A stretch of 31,754 nt of DNA from a candidate division WOR-3 bacterium (GCA_039802605.1 JBDRWW010000013.1:1-31754), one strand, 5' to 3'; counted from the stretch's first letter, positions 1 through 9,695 are shown. Notes: generated by a model from the sequence alone, not told the origin. Made by a program: numbers and translations.

Positions 1-125
1 GTATTTGCCCTACATTCTGTGTGAAGAGCATACTTATACCTTCCTCGTATATCTCCCCAGCCCTTTTGTCGGGCTTTGGGGTTATGCCTTCCAGCGGCAA
101 TGAGGTTATTAATGATTATTGCCAT
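1..125 (-). CDS. 5' end of a probable gene running off the left edge (possible frameshift near nt 110)
   Basis: TAAAAT box (140-135) lies 9 nt before ATG at 125, as for other genes here. The ATG frame reads MAIIINNL...; the adjacent frame reads LITSLPLEGITPKPDKRAGEIYEEGISMLFTQNVGQI with more host-like codons. Confidence 0.35.
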   Translation of the reverse strand, partial: MAIIINNLIAAGRHNPKARQKGWGDIRGRYKYALHTECRAN

Positions 126-172
126 AAGAAAAGCATTTTAATGTTGAAAAGTTTTTTTGTAAAGTGGGCTTA

Positions 173-3100
173 CTACCTCCCCTTTATCTTCCTTTCCGGT
201 GTTAAGAATGTGTATATTACGGGAACCACGAAAAGGGTTGTTATTAAAGAGAAGTTTAACCCTCCAAATATGGCAACACCCAAGCCCGACCAGAATTCCG
301 AACCCTGTTGTTTTATAACAGCAAGGGGTAAAACCGCAAGGGATGTCGTTAAGGTTGTCATAAGTATAGGTCTCAACCTCCTTGTGGCGGATTCTATTAT
401 CGCTTCAAACTTGTTTTTACCCCTCCTTATGAGTATGTTCGCGTAATCAACCATTACAACGGCGTTATTAACCACGACACCGGTTAAGGCTATAAGCCCT
501 ATAAACCCCGTAATTGAAAGGGGTTGTCTGAAAATTAAGAAGCCGAGGGAAGCACCCGCCAAACCAAAGGGAATACTCGTTATAAATATTATTATCCCCT
601 GCCTGAAGCTCTCAAACTGGGCGGATAAGGTTAAATATATGAGTATCAAGCCGATTATTAGTAGAACCCCCAATTGTGAAAAGCTTTCCGCCTGCCTTTG
701 TATTGCCCCTCCAAACTCGTACGAATATCCACCGGGAAGGTTAAAGTTCTTCAAAAACTTATTTATATCGGCGGTTATTTCACCCAAGGGCCTACCAACA
801 ACCTCACCCGATACCTCAACATACCTTTTTCCATTCCACCTGTCTATTCTAATGGGTGAAGCCCCTTCATCAACCTTTACGAAATTCAACAATGGAACCA
901 AACCGTAGGGTGTGTTTATACTTAGGGATAATACCTTATCAAGGTTTTCCTTATCCTCCTCATCCAAGGTTATCAAAACATCAATGTTTTTTCCTCCGGA
1001 TTTAAGGGTAAAGAGGTTTTGACCGGTTAAGACATACCTTAGAAACCCGGCAACTTGGGTTGGTGTAATACCGTAGGAGTAAGCCTTATCCCTATCAATG
1101 CTTAAAACGAATTCCGGTCTCGGATTTCCAAAGGATGTTTGAACATTCTTTAATCCCCTTACGGTTTTCATATAATCCGCCAAAATTGTCGCCAAACTAT
1201 CCAGAACCCTTATATCATCTCCATAAATCCTAACAACCGCACCCCTTGAACCTCCAAAAAGTATTTGCGAACCCTGACTTGTTGCGGATACCTCATACCT
1301 TTCAACGCCGGGAATTTCCTTTACAAGTTTTTCTATCTCATCCGCAACCTCAAAAGTGCTTTTCTTTATATCATCCTTTAATCTGACCACAAAGAACGCG
1401 GTATAAGGCGCTTCTACACTTCCAAAAACCGCCCCAAATCCCGATTCCGTAGGACCCACCCTAAACACCGCTTCCATAACCTCGGGCATTTTATAAACCT
1501 TCTCGGCCACCGGTAAAACCATCTCGTAGGTTTTATCAAGGGATGTACCCCTTGATAGTTCCAAGGTTCCCCTTATCTGTTTTTCATCCGCTTGTGGGAA
1601 GAAATCCGTGGGTATAAACCTCCAAATAGATGCCGTTATTAATAGTATTAAAACAAACACACCCAAAAATACAAGTCTCCTCTTAACGACAAACTTAACC
1701 AATTGATTGTATACCCTTTCCACGGGTTTAAACCATGCGGGTTCCCCTTTTGGTTTTAATATTATCTGGTTTGCCGCCAATGATGGTATAATCGTTAAGG
1801 CCAAAAACAAACTCGTAAGGTACACTATAACGGATATGGTTGCCAATTCTTTAAAAATCACTCCTATAAATCCCGGTATAAAAAACAGGGGTAGCAAAAC
1901 TATGAAGTTTGTTATTACGGAAGCGGTTATAGCACCCCGCACTTCCAAAGTTGCAAACTCGGAAGCCTCCCTTGGGGGTTCTCCCCTTAACCTGTGAAAG
2001 AAAATGTTTTCTATTACAACTATTGAAGCATCAACCACAGAACCTATGGCCAACGCCAATGCCGAAAGGGATATTATGTTTATTGAACTCCCGCTCAGGA
2101 ATAGGTATAAGAAGGCAATGATTAAGGAAGAGGGTATTGTTAAGGCCACGAGGATACTTGAACGAACATCCAAGAGGAAGATGAAGGATACGAGAATAAC
2201 TATTATACCCGCTATGAACAGAGAATTCCTTAAATTCGCAATTGCATTCCTTATAAAACTTGAACCGTCGTTCTGTATAAAGAACTTTACGGGGTATTTC
2301 CTCTCAATTTCTTCCAACTTCTTTTTAACATTATCGGCAACTTCAACAACATTCGCATCCGCCTGCTTTTGGACGGCAAACAAAACCGCATCTTTACCCT
2401 TATGGTTTATGTAATTAACCCTCTTGGCGTATCCATCAACAACATCGGCAACCTCGTAAAGTTTAATGGGCCTTCCGTTTATAAATCCCACAACGGTTTC
2501 CTTTAAATCTTCCACAGATCTTATACTTGATGGGATTTTTAGTATCATCTCCTTATCGGAATACTTAACCTCACCCGCCGGGATTTCTAAGCCTTGGGAT
2601 TTTAGCATGCTTGCTATACCATCAAAGGTTAAACCATAATTCTCCAACTTATCCCTATGCACATATACGTTTATCTGCCTCTTCTTTCCCCCTCCCCATA
2701 TCTGAACCAAACCTACACCCTTAACCCTCTGCAATTCATCTTTAAGGTAATCCTCCGCCCATTCCCGTATGGGGAAATCCTCCTCGGTTGAATTTACCGT
2801 TGCTATTATTATGGGGAATTGTTGTATATCAAACTTCAAAATCAAGGGATCGCTTGCGTCTTCTGGAAGCAGGGATGAGGCGAAACTCAATCTGTCCTTA
2901 ACATCCAAAGCCGCCTTATCAATATCCGTCCCGTATTTAAATGTTATCGTAACAACGCCTAACCCGTTTTGGCTGGTTGAACTTATGCGATCAATATCTT
3001 CAAGGATGGAGAGGTTTTCCTCTAAAACTTCCACTATATTCTTTTCCACATCTTCCGGAGACGCCCCGGGATATTGTACCACAACGGAAACCGATGGCAA

Positions 3101-3217
3101 TGTGAATTTCGGTAAGAAATCCAACGGCAGATTTATAAGACCAAAAATCCCCCCTATTATAAGTATTAAATACACAACAAGGGCAAAGGTAGGTCTTCTT
3201 ACAAAGAACCTTGTCAT
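173..3217 (-). CDS. RND efflux transporter permease subunit (AcrB/AcrD/AcrF family)
   Basis: 1014 aa. N-terminal FFVRRP, YPGASPEDVE, GSVVDASIVVIENI (TM4), GVVVNNAVVMVD (TM10) and RLRPILMT (TM11); two periplasmic halves. Confidence 0.96.
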   Translation of the reverse strand: MTRFFVRRPTFALVVYLILIIGGIFGLINLPLDFLPKFTLPSVSVVVQYPGASPEDVEKNIVEVLEENLSILEDIDRISSTSQNGLGVVTITFKYGTDIDKAALDVKDRLSFASSLLPEDASDPLILKFDIQQFPIIIATVNSTEEDFPIREWAEDYLKDELQRVKGVGLVQIWGGGKKRQINVYVHRDKLENYGLTFDGIASMLKSQGLEIPAGEVKYSDKEMILKIPSSIRSVEDLKETVVGFINGRPIKLYEVADVVDGYAKRVNYINHKGKDAVLFAVQKQADANVVEVADNVKKKLEEIERKYPVKFFIQNDGSSFIRNAIANLRNSLFIAGIIVILVSFIFLLDVRSSILVALTIPSSLIIAFLYLFLSGSSINIISLSALALAIGSVVDASIVVIENIFFHRLRGEPPREASEFATLEVRGAITASVITNFIVLLPLFFIPGFIGVIFKELATISVIVYLTSLFLALTIIPSLAANQIILKPKGEPAWFKPVERVYNQLVKFVVKRRLVFLGVFVLILLITASIWRFIPTDFFPQADEKQIRGTLELSRGTSLDKTYEMVLPVAEKVYKMPEVMEAVFRVGPTESGFGAVFGSVEAPYTAFFVVRLKDDIKKSTFEVADEIEKLVKEIPGVERYEVSATSQGSQILFGGSRGAVVRIYGDDIRVLDSLATILADYMKTVRGLKNVQTSFGNPRPEFVLSIDRDKAYSYGITPTQVAGFLRYVLTGQNLFTLKSGGKNIDVLITLDEEDKENLDKVLSLSINTPYGLVPLLNFVKVDEGASPIRIDRWNGKRYVEVSGEVVGRPLGEITADINKFLKNFNLPGGYSYEFGGAIQRQAESFSQLGVLLIIGLILIYLTLSAQFESFRQGIIIFITSIPFGLAGASLGFLIFRQPLSITGFIGLIALTGVVVNNAVVMVDYANILIRRGKNKFEAIIESATRRLRPILMTTLTTSLAVLPLAVIKQQGSEFWSGLGVAIFGGLNFSLITTLFVVPVIYTFLTPERKIKGR

Positions 3218-4065
3218 CTTTCAAACCTCACTATCTTAACCTTATCCCCATCCTTTACAACATTTGCCCCGAAGACCACTACGGTATCCCCAAACTTTAA
3301 TCCCCTTATAACCTCATATCCTTCCGATGTGGTTATTCCCAATTCCACCGGAACCCTTTTCGCAATATTCCCGCTAACCACAAAAACATACCCTTTATTA
3401 TCCCCAACGAAGGCGCTAACGGGTAAAACTATCGTTGAATCCGATCTCTTTACCTCTACTTCAACCAGAACCGATTGTCCGGGGATGAAATTCCCGTTTA
3501 TTTCCCCTTCAACCTTTAATGTCCTTGTTCTTGTGTCAAGGGCTGGGGAGACCCTTACAATCCTCCCCCTTTTACCCTCAACCCATATTTTCCCGCCAAC
3601 CCTTATATCACTTGCGAAAACCTCGGGAACATCAAATAATACCGAAATCTTATCCTTACCGACTATTCTAAAAAGCGGCGTTTGAGGTGAAACCGGTGCC
3701 CCTATATCCCTCAACAAAACCTGAACATATCCGCTTGTCGGCGCCTCAACGGTTAAAGGTTGAACATCTATACCCGGCGCAGATCTATCAATCAGCGCCA
3801 ATATTTGACCCTTTCTTACATATTGCCCTTCGGATACATTTACCCTTAAAAGTTTTCCCGGCATATCCGCAAAAACATTTATATCTGGATAACCCTTAAT
3901 TATACCAGAAACGGTTATGGTTTTTGATATACTTTCGGGCCTGGCGATTTTTACCACTACGGTTTTTTCAACATCCTTACCGTTTTCGTTTTTAACATTT
4001 TCCGTTTTCCCTCTTCCCGCGCAGGATATTATAAGTATAAGCAATAACGCGAACGGTTTTCGCAT
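3214..4065 (-). CDS. RND periplasmic adaptor (membrane fusion protein), predicted lipoprotein
   Basis: Lipoyl-like VSEGQYVRKGQILA...APTSG, ISPALDTRTRT-type motif (VSPALDTRTRT), GLKFGDTVVV. Start moved to ATG 4065 (MRKPFALLLILIISC lipobox), 8 nt after TAGAAT. ATGA overlap with the permease. Confidence 0.92.
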   Translation of the reverse strand: MRKPFALLLILIISCAGRGKTENVKNENGKDVEKTVVVKIARPESISKTITVSGIIKGYPDINVFADMPGKLLRVNVSEGQYVRKGQILALIDRSAPGIDVQPLTVEAPTSGYVQVLLRDIGAPVSPQTPLFRIVGKDKISVLFDVPEVFASDIRVGGKIWVEGKRGRIVRVSPALDTRTRTLKVEGEINGNFIPGQSVLVEVEVKRSDSTIVLPVSAFVGDNKGYVFVVSGNIAKRVPVELGITTSEGYEVIRGLKFGDTVVVFGANVVKDGDKVKIVRFER

Positions 4066-4086
4066 AATCGGATATTCTAAGGGTGA

Positions 4087-4104
4087 TTTGAACGGTCGTT
4101 CAAA
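4087..4104. promoter_or_regulatory. Palindromic operator TTTGAACG-GT-CGTTCAAA overlapping the -35 of the RND operon promoter
   Basis: Perfect 8-bp inverted repeat. Minus-strand TTGAAC (4103-4098) lies 18 nt from TAGAAT (4079-4074). Confidence 0.6.
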
Positions 4105-4166
4105 AACCAAATCCAACCCCTTTTTCCTTATGCCCGGATACATATTGGAACCGTTGAGTGCAAGGG

Positions 4167-4172
4167 TATAAT
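4167..4172 (+). promoter_or_regulatory. -10 box TATAAT of the leaderless-type promoter of the M32 carboxypeptidase (representative of 15 such sites)
   Basis: TATAAT-atccggtt-ATG; no SD. Confidence 0.7.
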
Positions 4173-4180
4173 ATCCGGTT

Positions 4181-5671
4181 ATGACACCGAAAGAGGCTTA
4201 TAGCGAACTCCTTGAAATATCAAGAAGGGTTGCGATATTTTCGTCTTTTGGTTCCCTTCTCGGGTGGGATCAGAGGACATATATGCCTAAGAAAGCGGCC
4301 AATTACAGGGCATTACAGTACGCCTCGCTTATGGAATACATTTACGAAATCCTGACATCGGATAGGTTTGGGAAACTGATAGAAATTGCGGAAAAAGGGG
4401 AATACGACCTGAGGGGTAAAATGAACATTTACTGGTGGAGGAGGGGATACGATAGATTAACAAAAATACCGAAAAGCCTTTATGTTGAAGAGGCAAGGGT
4501 TTCTTCCGAAAGTGAGAGCGTATGGGTTGAGGCTAAGAAGAAGGGAGACTTTAACCTTGTGAAGCCATACCTTGAAAGGCTTATAAACATTAAAAAGGAG
4601 ATGGCGGAACATATGGGTTATGAGGGGGAAAGGTATAACGCCCTCTTGGATTCTTATGAGCCCGAATTAAGGGCGGAATATGTAAGCGAGATATTCACAA
4701 ACTTAAAAGGGGAAACCCTAAGGCTTTTAAATGTGGTTATAAACTCGGGTAAAAAACCCAAAGGGGAAATACTAAAAGGGCATTTCCCAAAGGATAAACA
4801 AAGGGAGTTCTGCCTGTTTTTGTTAAAAAGCATAGGTTATGACTTTGATGCCGGTAGGCTGGACGAGACGGTACATCCGTTCGCAACGATGATAACACCA
4901 AACGATGTAAGGATAACCACAAAATACGAAGAGGACTTTATATCACCTTCAATTTTTGGAACCCTTCACGAAATGGGACACGGTTTATACGACATGGGAT
5001 TACCAGAGGATATGTGGGCGGAACCCGTGGGTAGCGCGGTATCACTTGGGGTACACGAATCGCAGTCAAGGTTTTGGGAAAACATAATAGGTAGAAGCGA
5101 GGCTTTTTGGAAGCGGTTTTATAAAGACCTCTCAGATCACTTCCCGAAGTTTAAAGATATTCCCCTTGAAGATTTCCTATTTGCCGTAAACGAAATTAAG
5201 CCATCAACTATAAGGATCGAGGCCGACGAACTGACCTATAACCTTCATATAATCCTAAGGTTTGAAATTGAAAGGGAGGTTATAAACGATAAAGTTTCCG
5301 TAGATGACTTGCCCGACCTTTGGAACGAAAAGTTTAAATCTATGTTTGGTTTCTACCCACCTAATATATCCGAAGGGGTTTTGCAGGATATACATTGGTA
5401 TGGAGGCTCGTTTGGATATTTCCCAACTTATACCCTCGGAAATATCATATCCGCCCAGATCTTTGCCAAAATGAAGGAAGATTTGCCGGTTTATGAACTC
5501 GTTGAGAGGGGAGAATTCCAACCGATAATAAACTGGCTGAAAGAAAAAATACACTCCAAGGGTTCCCTTTACAAACCCTCCGAACTGGTTAAACGCGCAA
5601 CCGGCGAAGATATAAACCCGAAATATTTGATAAACTATTTGGAGGACAAGGTTAAGAGGTTTTACGGGTAA
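4181..5671 (+). CDS. Carboxypeptidase M32 (carboxypeptidase Taq family)
   Basis: 496 aa; WDQRTYMP, HPF, HEMGH (HEXXH), HESQS, IRIEADE, QDIHW, YFPTY motifs. Confidence 0.96.
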   Translation: MTPKEAYSELLEISRRVAIFSSFGSLLGWDQRTYMPKKAANYRALQYASLMEYIYEILTSDRFGKLIEIAEKGEYDLRGKMNIYWWRRGYDRLTKIPKSLYVEEARVSSESESVWVEAKKKGDFNLVKPYLERLINIKKEMAEHMGYEGERYNALLDSYEPELRAEYVSEIFTNLKGETLRLLNVVINSGKKPKGEILKGHFPKDKQREFCLFLLKSIGYDFDAGRLDETVHPFATMITPNDVRITTKYEEDFISPSIFGTLHEMGHGLYDMGLPEDMWAEPVGSAVSLGVHESQSRFWENIIGRSEAFWKRFYKDLSDHFPKFKDIPLEDFLFAVNEIKPSTIRIEADELTYNLHIILRFEIEREVINDKVSVDDLPDLWNEKFKSMFGFYPPNISEGVLQDIHWYGGSFGYFPTYTLGNIISAQIFAKMKEDLPVYELVERGEFQPIINWLKEKIHSKGSLYKPSELVKRATGEDINPKYLINYLEDKVKRFYG

Positions 5672-5720
5672 AAATTATCCTGACTTTTTTGGTCAATTTT
5701 CAACCTTAAAATACCCGCCT

Positions 5721-6803
5721 ATGGTGAAACTTGACGAAATAAGAGCGGAAGCAAAGAGGCTATACGAACAACTGCCCCTTCCCGAAAGCAAGTACACAAA
5801 CCTAAAATGGTGGAAGGACGAAGATTACCTAATTGAGGGGGAATTAAATGTTGATATATCCGGACCCGAAGGTGTAAAGTGGGAATTCTTAGAATCCGCA
5901 AATATTGGGGGCTTGGTGCCTATAAACGCGAACAAGTTCATGGCATTACATTATGCTAACATAGACAGGGTTTTAAGGGTGGAGTTCCCCGAAAACTTCA
6001 GGGCGGAAACACCGGTGTATATAAAGGTGAACGTTAAGGGTAGGGGGCATTTGCACGTATTGGTTGAGGGAAAAAGGAACGGTAAGGGCGAAATAGTTAT
6101 TTTTTCAAGCGGTAAGGGTTTATACACGGAGGTTATAGAAACATATGTTGATCAGGAGGCCGATATAAAGATAGGGGCCCTCGAGAGTTTGGATAAGGAT
6201 TCCGTTGTTTTCTCTTCAAGGGCGGTTAAAACGCTAAAATTTAGCAAATCCCAGTTGGTTGGCGCTTGGTTTGGCGGAAAATTCGTTATGTCAAAACACC
6301 TTATAAAACCCTTGGGAGAGGAATCCCAAATAGAGGATGTTCAGGTTTTACTCGGTGAGGATTCCCAGCACTTTGATATATCCACACACCTGGATTTTTC
6401 TGCCCCTTATACCAAAGGTGAATCTATGATTAGGGCGGTTTTGAAGGATACGGCAAGGGCTGTAATGTACGGTTTAATAGACATAGAAAGGGAAGCGCAG
6501 TTTGCGGATGCATACCTTTCAGAACACGCGTTGCTCTTGAATTCCGGGGCAAGGGCCGATTCAATACCGGGTCTTGAAATAATGGCGAATCAGGTTAGGG
6601 CAACTCATGGCGCAACCGTTGGTCCAATTGACCCCGAACAGATGTTCTACCTTATGAGTAGGGGGTTGGATGAAATAGAAGCCAAAAAACTAATAGTTAT
6701 GGGCTTCTTTGAGCCGGCCACATCGAGGATGGGTATAGAAGAGGTTAGGGATGTTATATATAACTATGTTGAAGAAGTCCTTTCGGAGAAACAGCCCGTT
6801 TAG
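5721..6803 (+). CDS. sufD: Fe-S cluster assembly protein, SufD/SufBD family
   Basis: Beta-helix core and C-terminal PGLEIMANQVRATHGATVGPID...FYLMSRGL...LIVMGF. Confidence 0.85.
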   Translation: MVKLDEIRAEAKRLYEQLPLPESKYTNLKWWKDEDYLIEGELNVDISGPEGVKWEFLESANIGGLVPINANKFMALHYANIDRVLRVEFPENFRAETPVYIKVNVKGRGHLHVLVEGKRNGKGEIVIFSSGKGLYTEVIETYVDQEADIKIGALESLDKDSVVFSSRAVKTLKFSKSQLVGAWFGGKFVMSKHLIKPLGEESQIEDVQVLLGEDSQHFDISTHLDFSAPYTKGESMIRAVLKDTARAVMYGLIDIEREAQFADAYLSEHALLLNSGARADSIPGLEIMANQVRATHGATVGPIDPEQMFYLMSRGLDEIEAKKLIVMGFFEPATSRMGIEEVRDVIYNYVEEVLSEKQPV

Positions 6804-7289
6804 TTAAGGTATTTTTTGGCTACATCCAAAACCTTCTCGGCTTTTTGTAATGCCCGCGGGACATAAGGAATCTCCATAAAAGCCCATAAAAATTGATTGG
6901 GGTATAGGGGCATCTTCGTTTAACCACAACCTGATATAGGTAAATGTAATTAAGCGATAAGACTGCTCCACGATCTCAATCCCTTCAACAAAGTCCCAAG
7001 GTATCAGATACCCATCCGGTTTTTTGAAAAGATTCATTATGGTTAGTGGACTAACCCAAATCCCCTGATGACCTACGGCTAAAATGGGCCTTTTACCGCG
7101 AAATGCCATTAAAAAGAAAAAAACCGACATGGGGACGAAAAACAAGATAATGATCCAACCTACAAGGGGTTCATCCTCCGATGCCATAAGCCAACCGACA
7201 TATGAAAATATTACGCTTATAACCCCGAACACCAAGAGGCGCAAAACACTCGGATAAACATACAAATCCATTTCCGGTAAATCTTTCAT
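6800..7289 (-). CDS. STM3941-like small membrane protein (2 TM + PH-like domain), probable frameshift near 6880
   Basis: Two N-terminal TM helices, then ILAVGHQGIWV...IPWDFVEGIE. The ORF tail is atypical; the alternative frame 6877-6800 reads MEIPYVPRALQKAEKVLDVAKKYLN*. Confidence 0.55.
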
Positions 7290-7357
7290 AATGTCGAAAT
7301 TTTAACCGTGAGAAATACAGTCAATTGGGATTTTTAACACCCTTATACTACCCATCC

Positions 7358-8485
7358 ATGGCCCACGCGTATACTCCCGGATTAAAGGTATCGGAAAAAA
7401 CCATTGTTAGAAAGGAAAGGAGGCTGCCCCTTTGGGGTGATGTTTTGGTTAATAAAGGGGAATTTGTAAAGGCGGAAGATGTAGTGGCCAAGGCATTGCT
7501 TCCAGGACCGGTTTATCCAAAAAACTTGGCCGGAGAAATGGGAATATCACCGGCCGATATTCCAAAGGTTTTATTGGTGGAAAAGGGTGAAAGTATAAAA
7601 AAGGGACAGGTAATAGCAAGGGCAAAGGTGTTTTTCGGTTTGTTTAAGGTTGAAGCCACATCACCGATAGATGGTTATCTTGAAGACTATTCCGAAATAA
7701 CCGGACAAATAATTTTAAGGGAAAACCCCATACCAATCGAGGTTAAGGCTTACCTTGACGGTATAGTTGAGGAGGTTATACCAAATGAGGGTGTTGTTGT
7801 AAGAACCGTAGCCGCTATGGTTCAGGGAATATTCGGGGTAGGGGGTGAGCAGATGGGGGTATTAAGGGTTGCCGTAAATTCCCCGGATGAGGTTTTAACA
7901 CCGGAAAAGGTAAATGAGGATTTGAGGGGTTGTATAGTGGTGGGTGGTAAAACGGCGGATATAGAAACCCTTAGGAAATGCGCTGAAGTGGGGATAAAAA
8001 CCCTTGTCCTCGGTTCAATAGACGATTCAACCCTTGAAGAATATGTTGGTCGTCAGATAGGCGTTGCCATTACCGGAAACGAAGATGTACCTTTTACCCT
8101 AATTATAACCGAGGGTTTCGGTGAATTGCCTATGGCGGAAAGGGCTTTTAATCTTTTTAAGAAGTTTGAGGGGTTGAAGTGTTCTTCAAACGGGGCCACA
8201 CAGATAAGGGCGGGTGTTCAAAGACCCGAGGTAATAATTTTCCGTAAAGATGTAGATCCAACGGAGGAGGTTGTTGATAAAACGGAGAGCGGGCATTTAG
8301 ATATAGGCACAACGGTTAGAATAATAAGGGACCCATACTTTGGGGAAATTGGTATGGTTGTGGAACTTCCAAACGAAGCGGTGAAAATAGAAACGGAATC
8401 AACCGTTAGGGTTTTAAAGGTTAGACTTTTGGACGGAAGGGAAGTCGTGGTTCCGAGGGCAAATGTTGAACTTATAGAAACATAA
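7358..8485 (+). CDS. Conserved hypothetical protein with barrel-sandwich-hybrid (lipoyl-like) motifs and a C-terminal KOW-like domain
   Basis: VLVNKGEFVKAEDVVA and LLVEKGESIKKGQVIA...SPIDG motifs; C-terminal GTTVRIIRDPYFGEIGMVVE. Start at ATG 7358, 8 nt after TATACT. Confidence 0.75.
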   Translation: MAHAYTPGLKVSEKTIVRKERRLPLWGDVLVNKGEFVKAEDVVAKALLPGPVYPKNLAGEMGISPADIPKVLLVEKGESIKKGQVIARAKVFFGLFKVEATSPIDGYLEDYSEITGQIILRENPIPIEVKAYLDGIVEEVIPNEGVVVRTVAAMVQGIFGVGGEQMGVLRVAVNSPDEVLTPEKVNEDLRGCIVVGGKTADIETLRKCAEVGIKTLVLGSIDDSTLEEYVGRQIGVAITGNEDVPFTLIITEGFGELPMAERAFNLFKKFEGLKCSSNGATQIRAGVQRPEVIIFRKDVDPTEEVVDKTESGHLDIGTTVRIIRDPYFGEIGMVVELPNEAVKIETESTVRVLKVRLLDGREVVVPRANVELIET

Positions 8486-8486
8486 A

Positions 8487-8870
8487 ATGGAAGTGCTCCT
8501 GATATTGCATAACTTTATAAGGTGGGTGGTGTTTTTAACGGGTTTATGGGCGGTTTTTGGTGTATTTAAAAACAACCCCAAGGGTTTGAGGTTTTACACC
8601 ATATCCTTTGATGTTCAGGCACTTCTGGGAATAATTCTCTGGATAAATCTCATCCTATCTTATGGTTCTTCCCAAGGGTCTATGAAGGAATTCTATTTTA
8701 GGTTTTTTGTTATGGAACACCCCGTAATAATGTTGCTTTCCCTAATATCCGCACATTTGTCCGTTGTTAAAGCAAAATCGGAAGGTAATTCTTGGAAGGT
8801 TTTGGCCATATTATCGTATATTTTGTTAATTGTCGGAATACCTTGGTGGAGGCCTTTAATAAGAATCTAA
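8487..8870 (+). CDS. Small 4-TM membrane protein (cytochrome b-like hypothetical family)
   Basis: LHNFIRW, FFVMEHP, SAH and GIPWWRP motifs; His residues in TM helices. Coupled to the upstream gene (TAA-A-ATG). Confidence 0.65.
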   Translation: MEVLLILHNFIRWVVFLTGLWAVFGVFKNNPKGLRFYTISFDVQALLGIILWINLILSYGSSQGSMKEFYFRFFVMEHPVIMLLSLISAHLSVVKAKSEGNSWKVLAILSYILLIVGIPWWRPLIRI

Positions 8871-9695
8871 AAATTCCTTCATTTGAGGGAATTTTTTTAA
8901 AATTTTCTTTTTTGCCGATTCCTTTATTTGCCTTATATATTCACGGGTATAACCCAACTCCCGGGCTATTTGTGCCAAATTCTTATCCTCAAACATGTGT
9001 TTCCACAAAACCGTTTTTTCCTTTTCGTTTAAAATCCCCGATTCAAATATTTCATTGACCAATTCCTCTATTTTTATTTGGTTATACTTCTCTTCAACAA
9101 AATCCTCCGGGGTTAGTGCGGCATATGAAAAGGTATCATAAACATCTCTTTCCGGGTCATCGCTATCCAAACTCTCAACCCTCAAAACCTTCCAATCCAA
9201 AGCCTCCATTATGCTTTTCACTTTCTTCCTGTCATATCCCAATTCCTTGGCGATTTCCTCCTCCGAAGGTTCCCTACCCAGCTTCTGATATAAGGTAACA
9301 ATCTTTACCATGTCCTTGCGGGATACCGTGGGCATATGGGATAAAACCTTATAGGATTTCAAATACCTATACATAGCCTTATCAATATAGGGTTTTGCGT
9401 ATGACAAAAATCTAACATTTTTTTGTGGGTTAAAGTTCTCAAAGGCGTCGTATAAAGCCAAAATCCCTTCCGAAATCAAATCCTCAACGGGGACACCCGA
9501 ATCTCTAGAAAGCATTTTTGCCTTTGCAACAACGAATCTGACATTGGACTTTATAACCCTATCCCTCGCGGCTTTATCACCCCTTTTTGCCTTTAATATT
9601 AGTTCCCTTTCCTCCTCGGGACTTAAAGGCCTAAATTCCGGAGAACTTAGGGTTTTGTAATCCCATGCTTCCGAGCCGTATTCCCAAACTTTCAT
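8856..9695 (-). CDS. Divergent sigma-70 family RNA polymerase sigma factor
   Basis: Region 1.2/2 (LSPEEERELI...NVRFVV...DLISEG...FNP...RFLSYA), region 3 (LGREPSEEEIAKELG), region 4 HTH (NLAQIARELGYTREYIRQI). Confidence 0.9.
   Translation of the reverse strand: MKVWEYGSEAWDYKTLSSPEFRPLSPEEERELILKAKRGDKAARDRVIKSNVRFVVAKAKMLSRDSGVPVEDLISEGILALYDAFENFNPQKNVRFLSYAKPYIDKAMYRYLKSYKVLSHMPTVSRKDMVKIVTLYQKLGREPSEEEIAKELGYDRKKVKSIMEALDWKVLRVESLDSDDPERDVYDTFSYAALTPEDFVEEKYNQIKIEELVNEIFESGILNEKEKTVLWKHMFEDKNLAQIARELGYTREYIRQIKESAKKKILKKFPQMKEFLDSY

Noticed and set aside
21..3239. Plus-strand ORFs antisense to the RND gene, and similar shadow ORFs throughout (e.g. 17677-18303, 24288-24803)
   Set aside because: They lie opposite well-supported genes, have atypical Ser/Pro/Ile-rich composition and show no motifs.
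4066..4143. N-terminal extensions given by the ORF track (also 7325-7357, 22866-22916, 26415-26447)
   Set aside because: They run across the -10 boxes; the downstream ATGs give proper signal peptides or N-termini.
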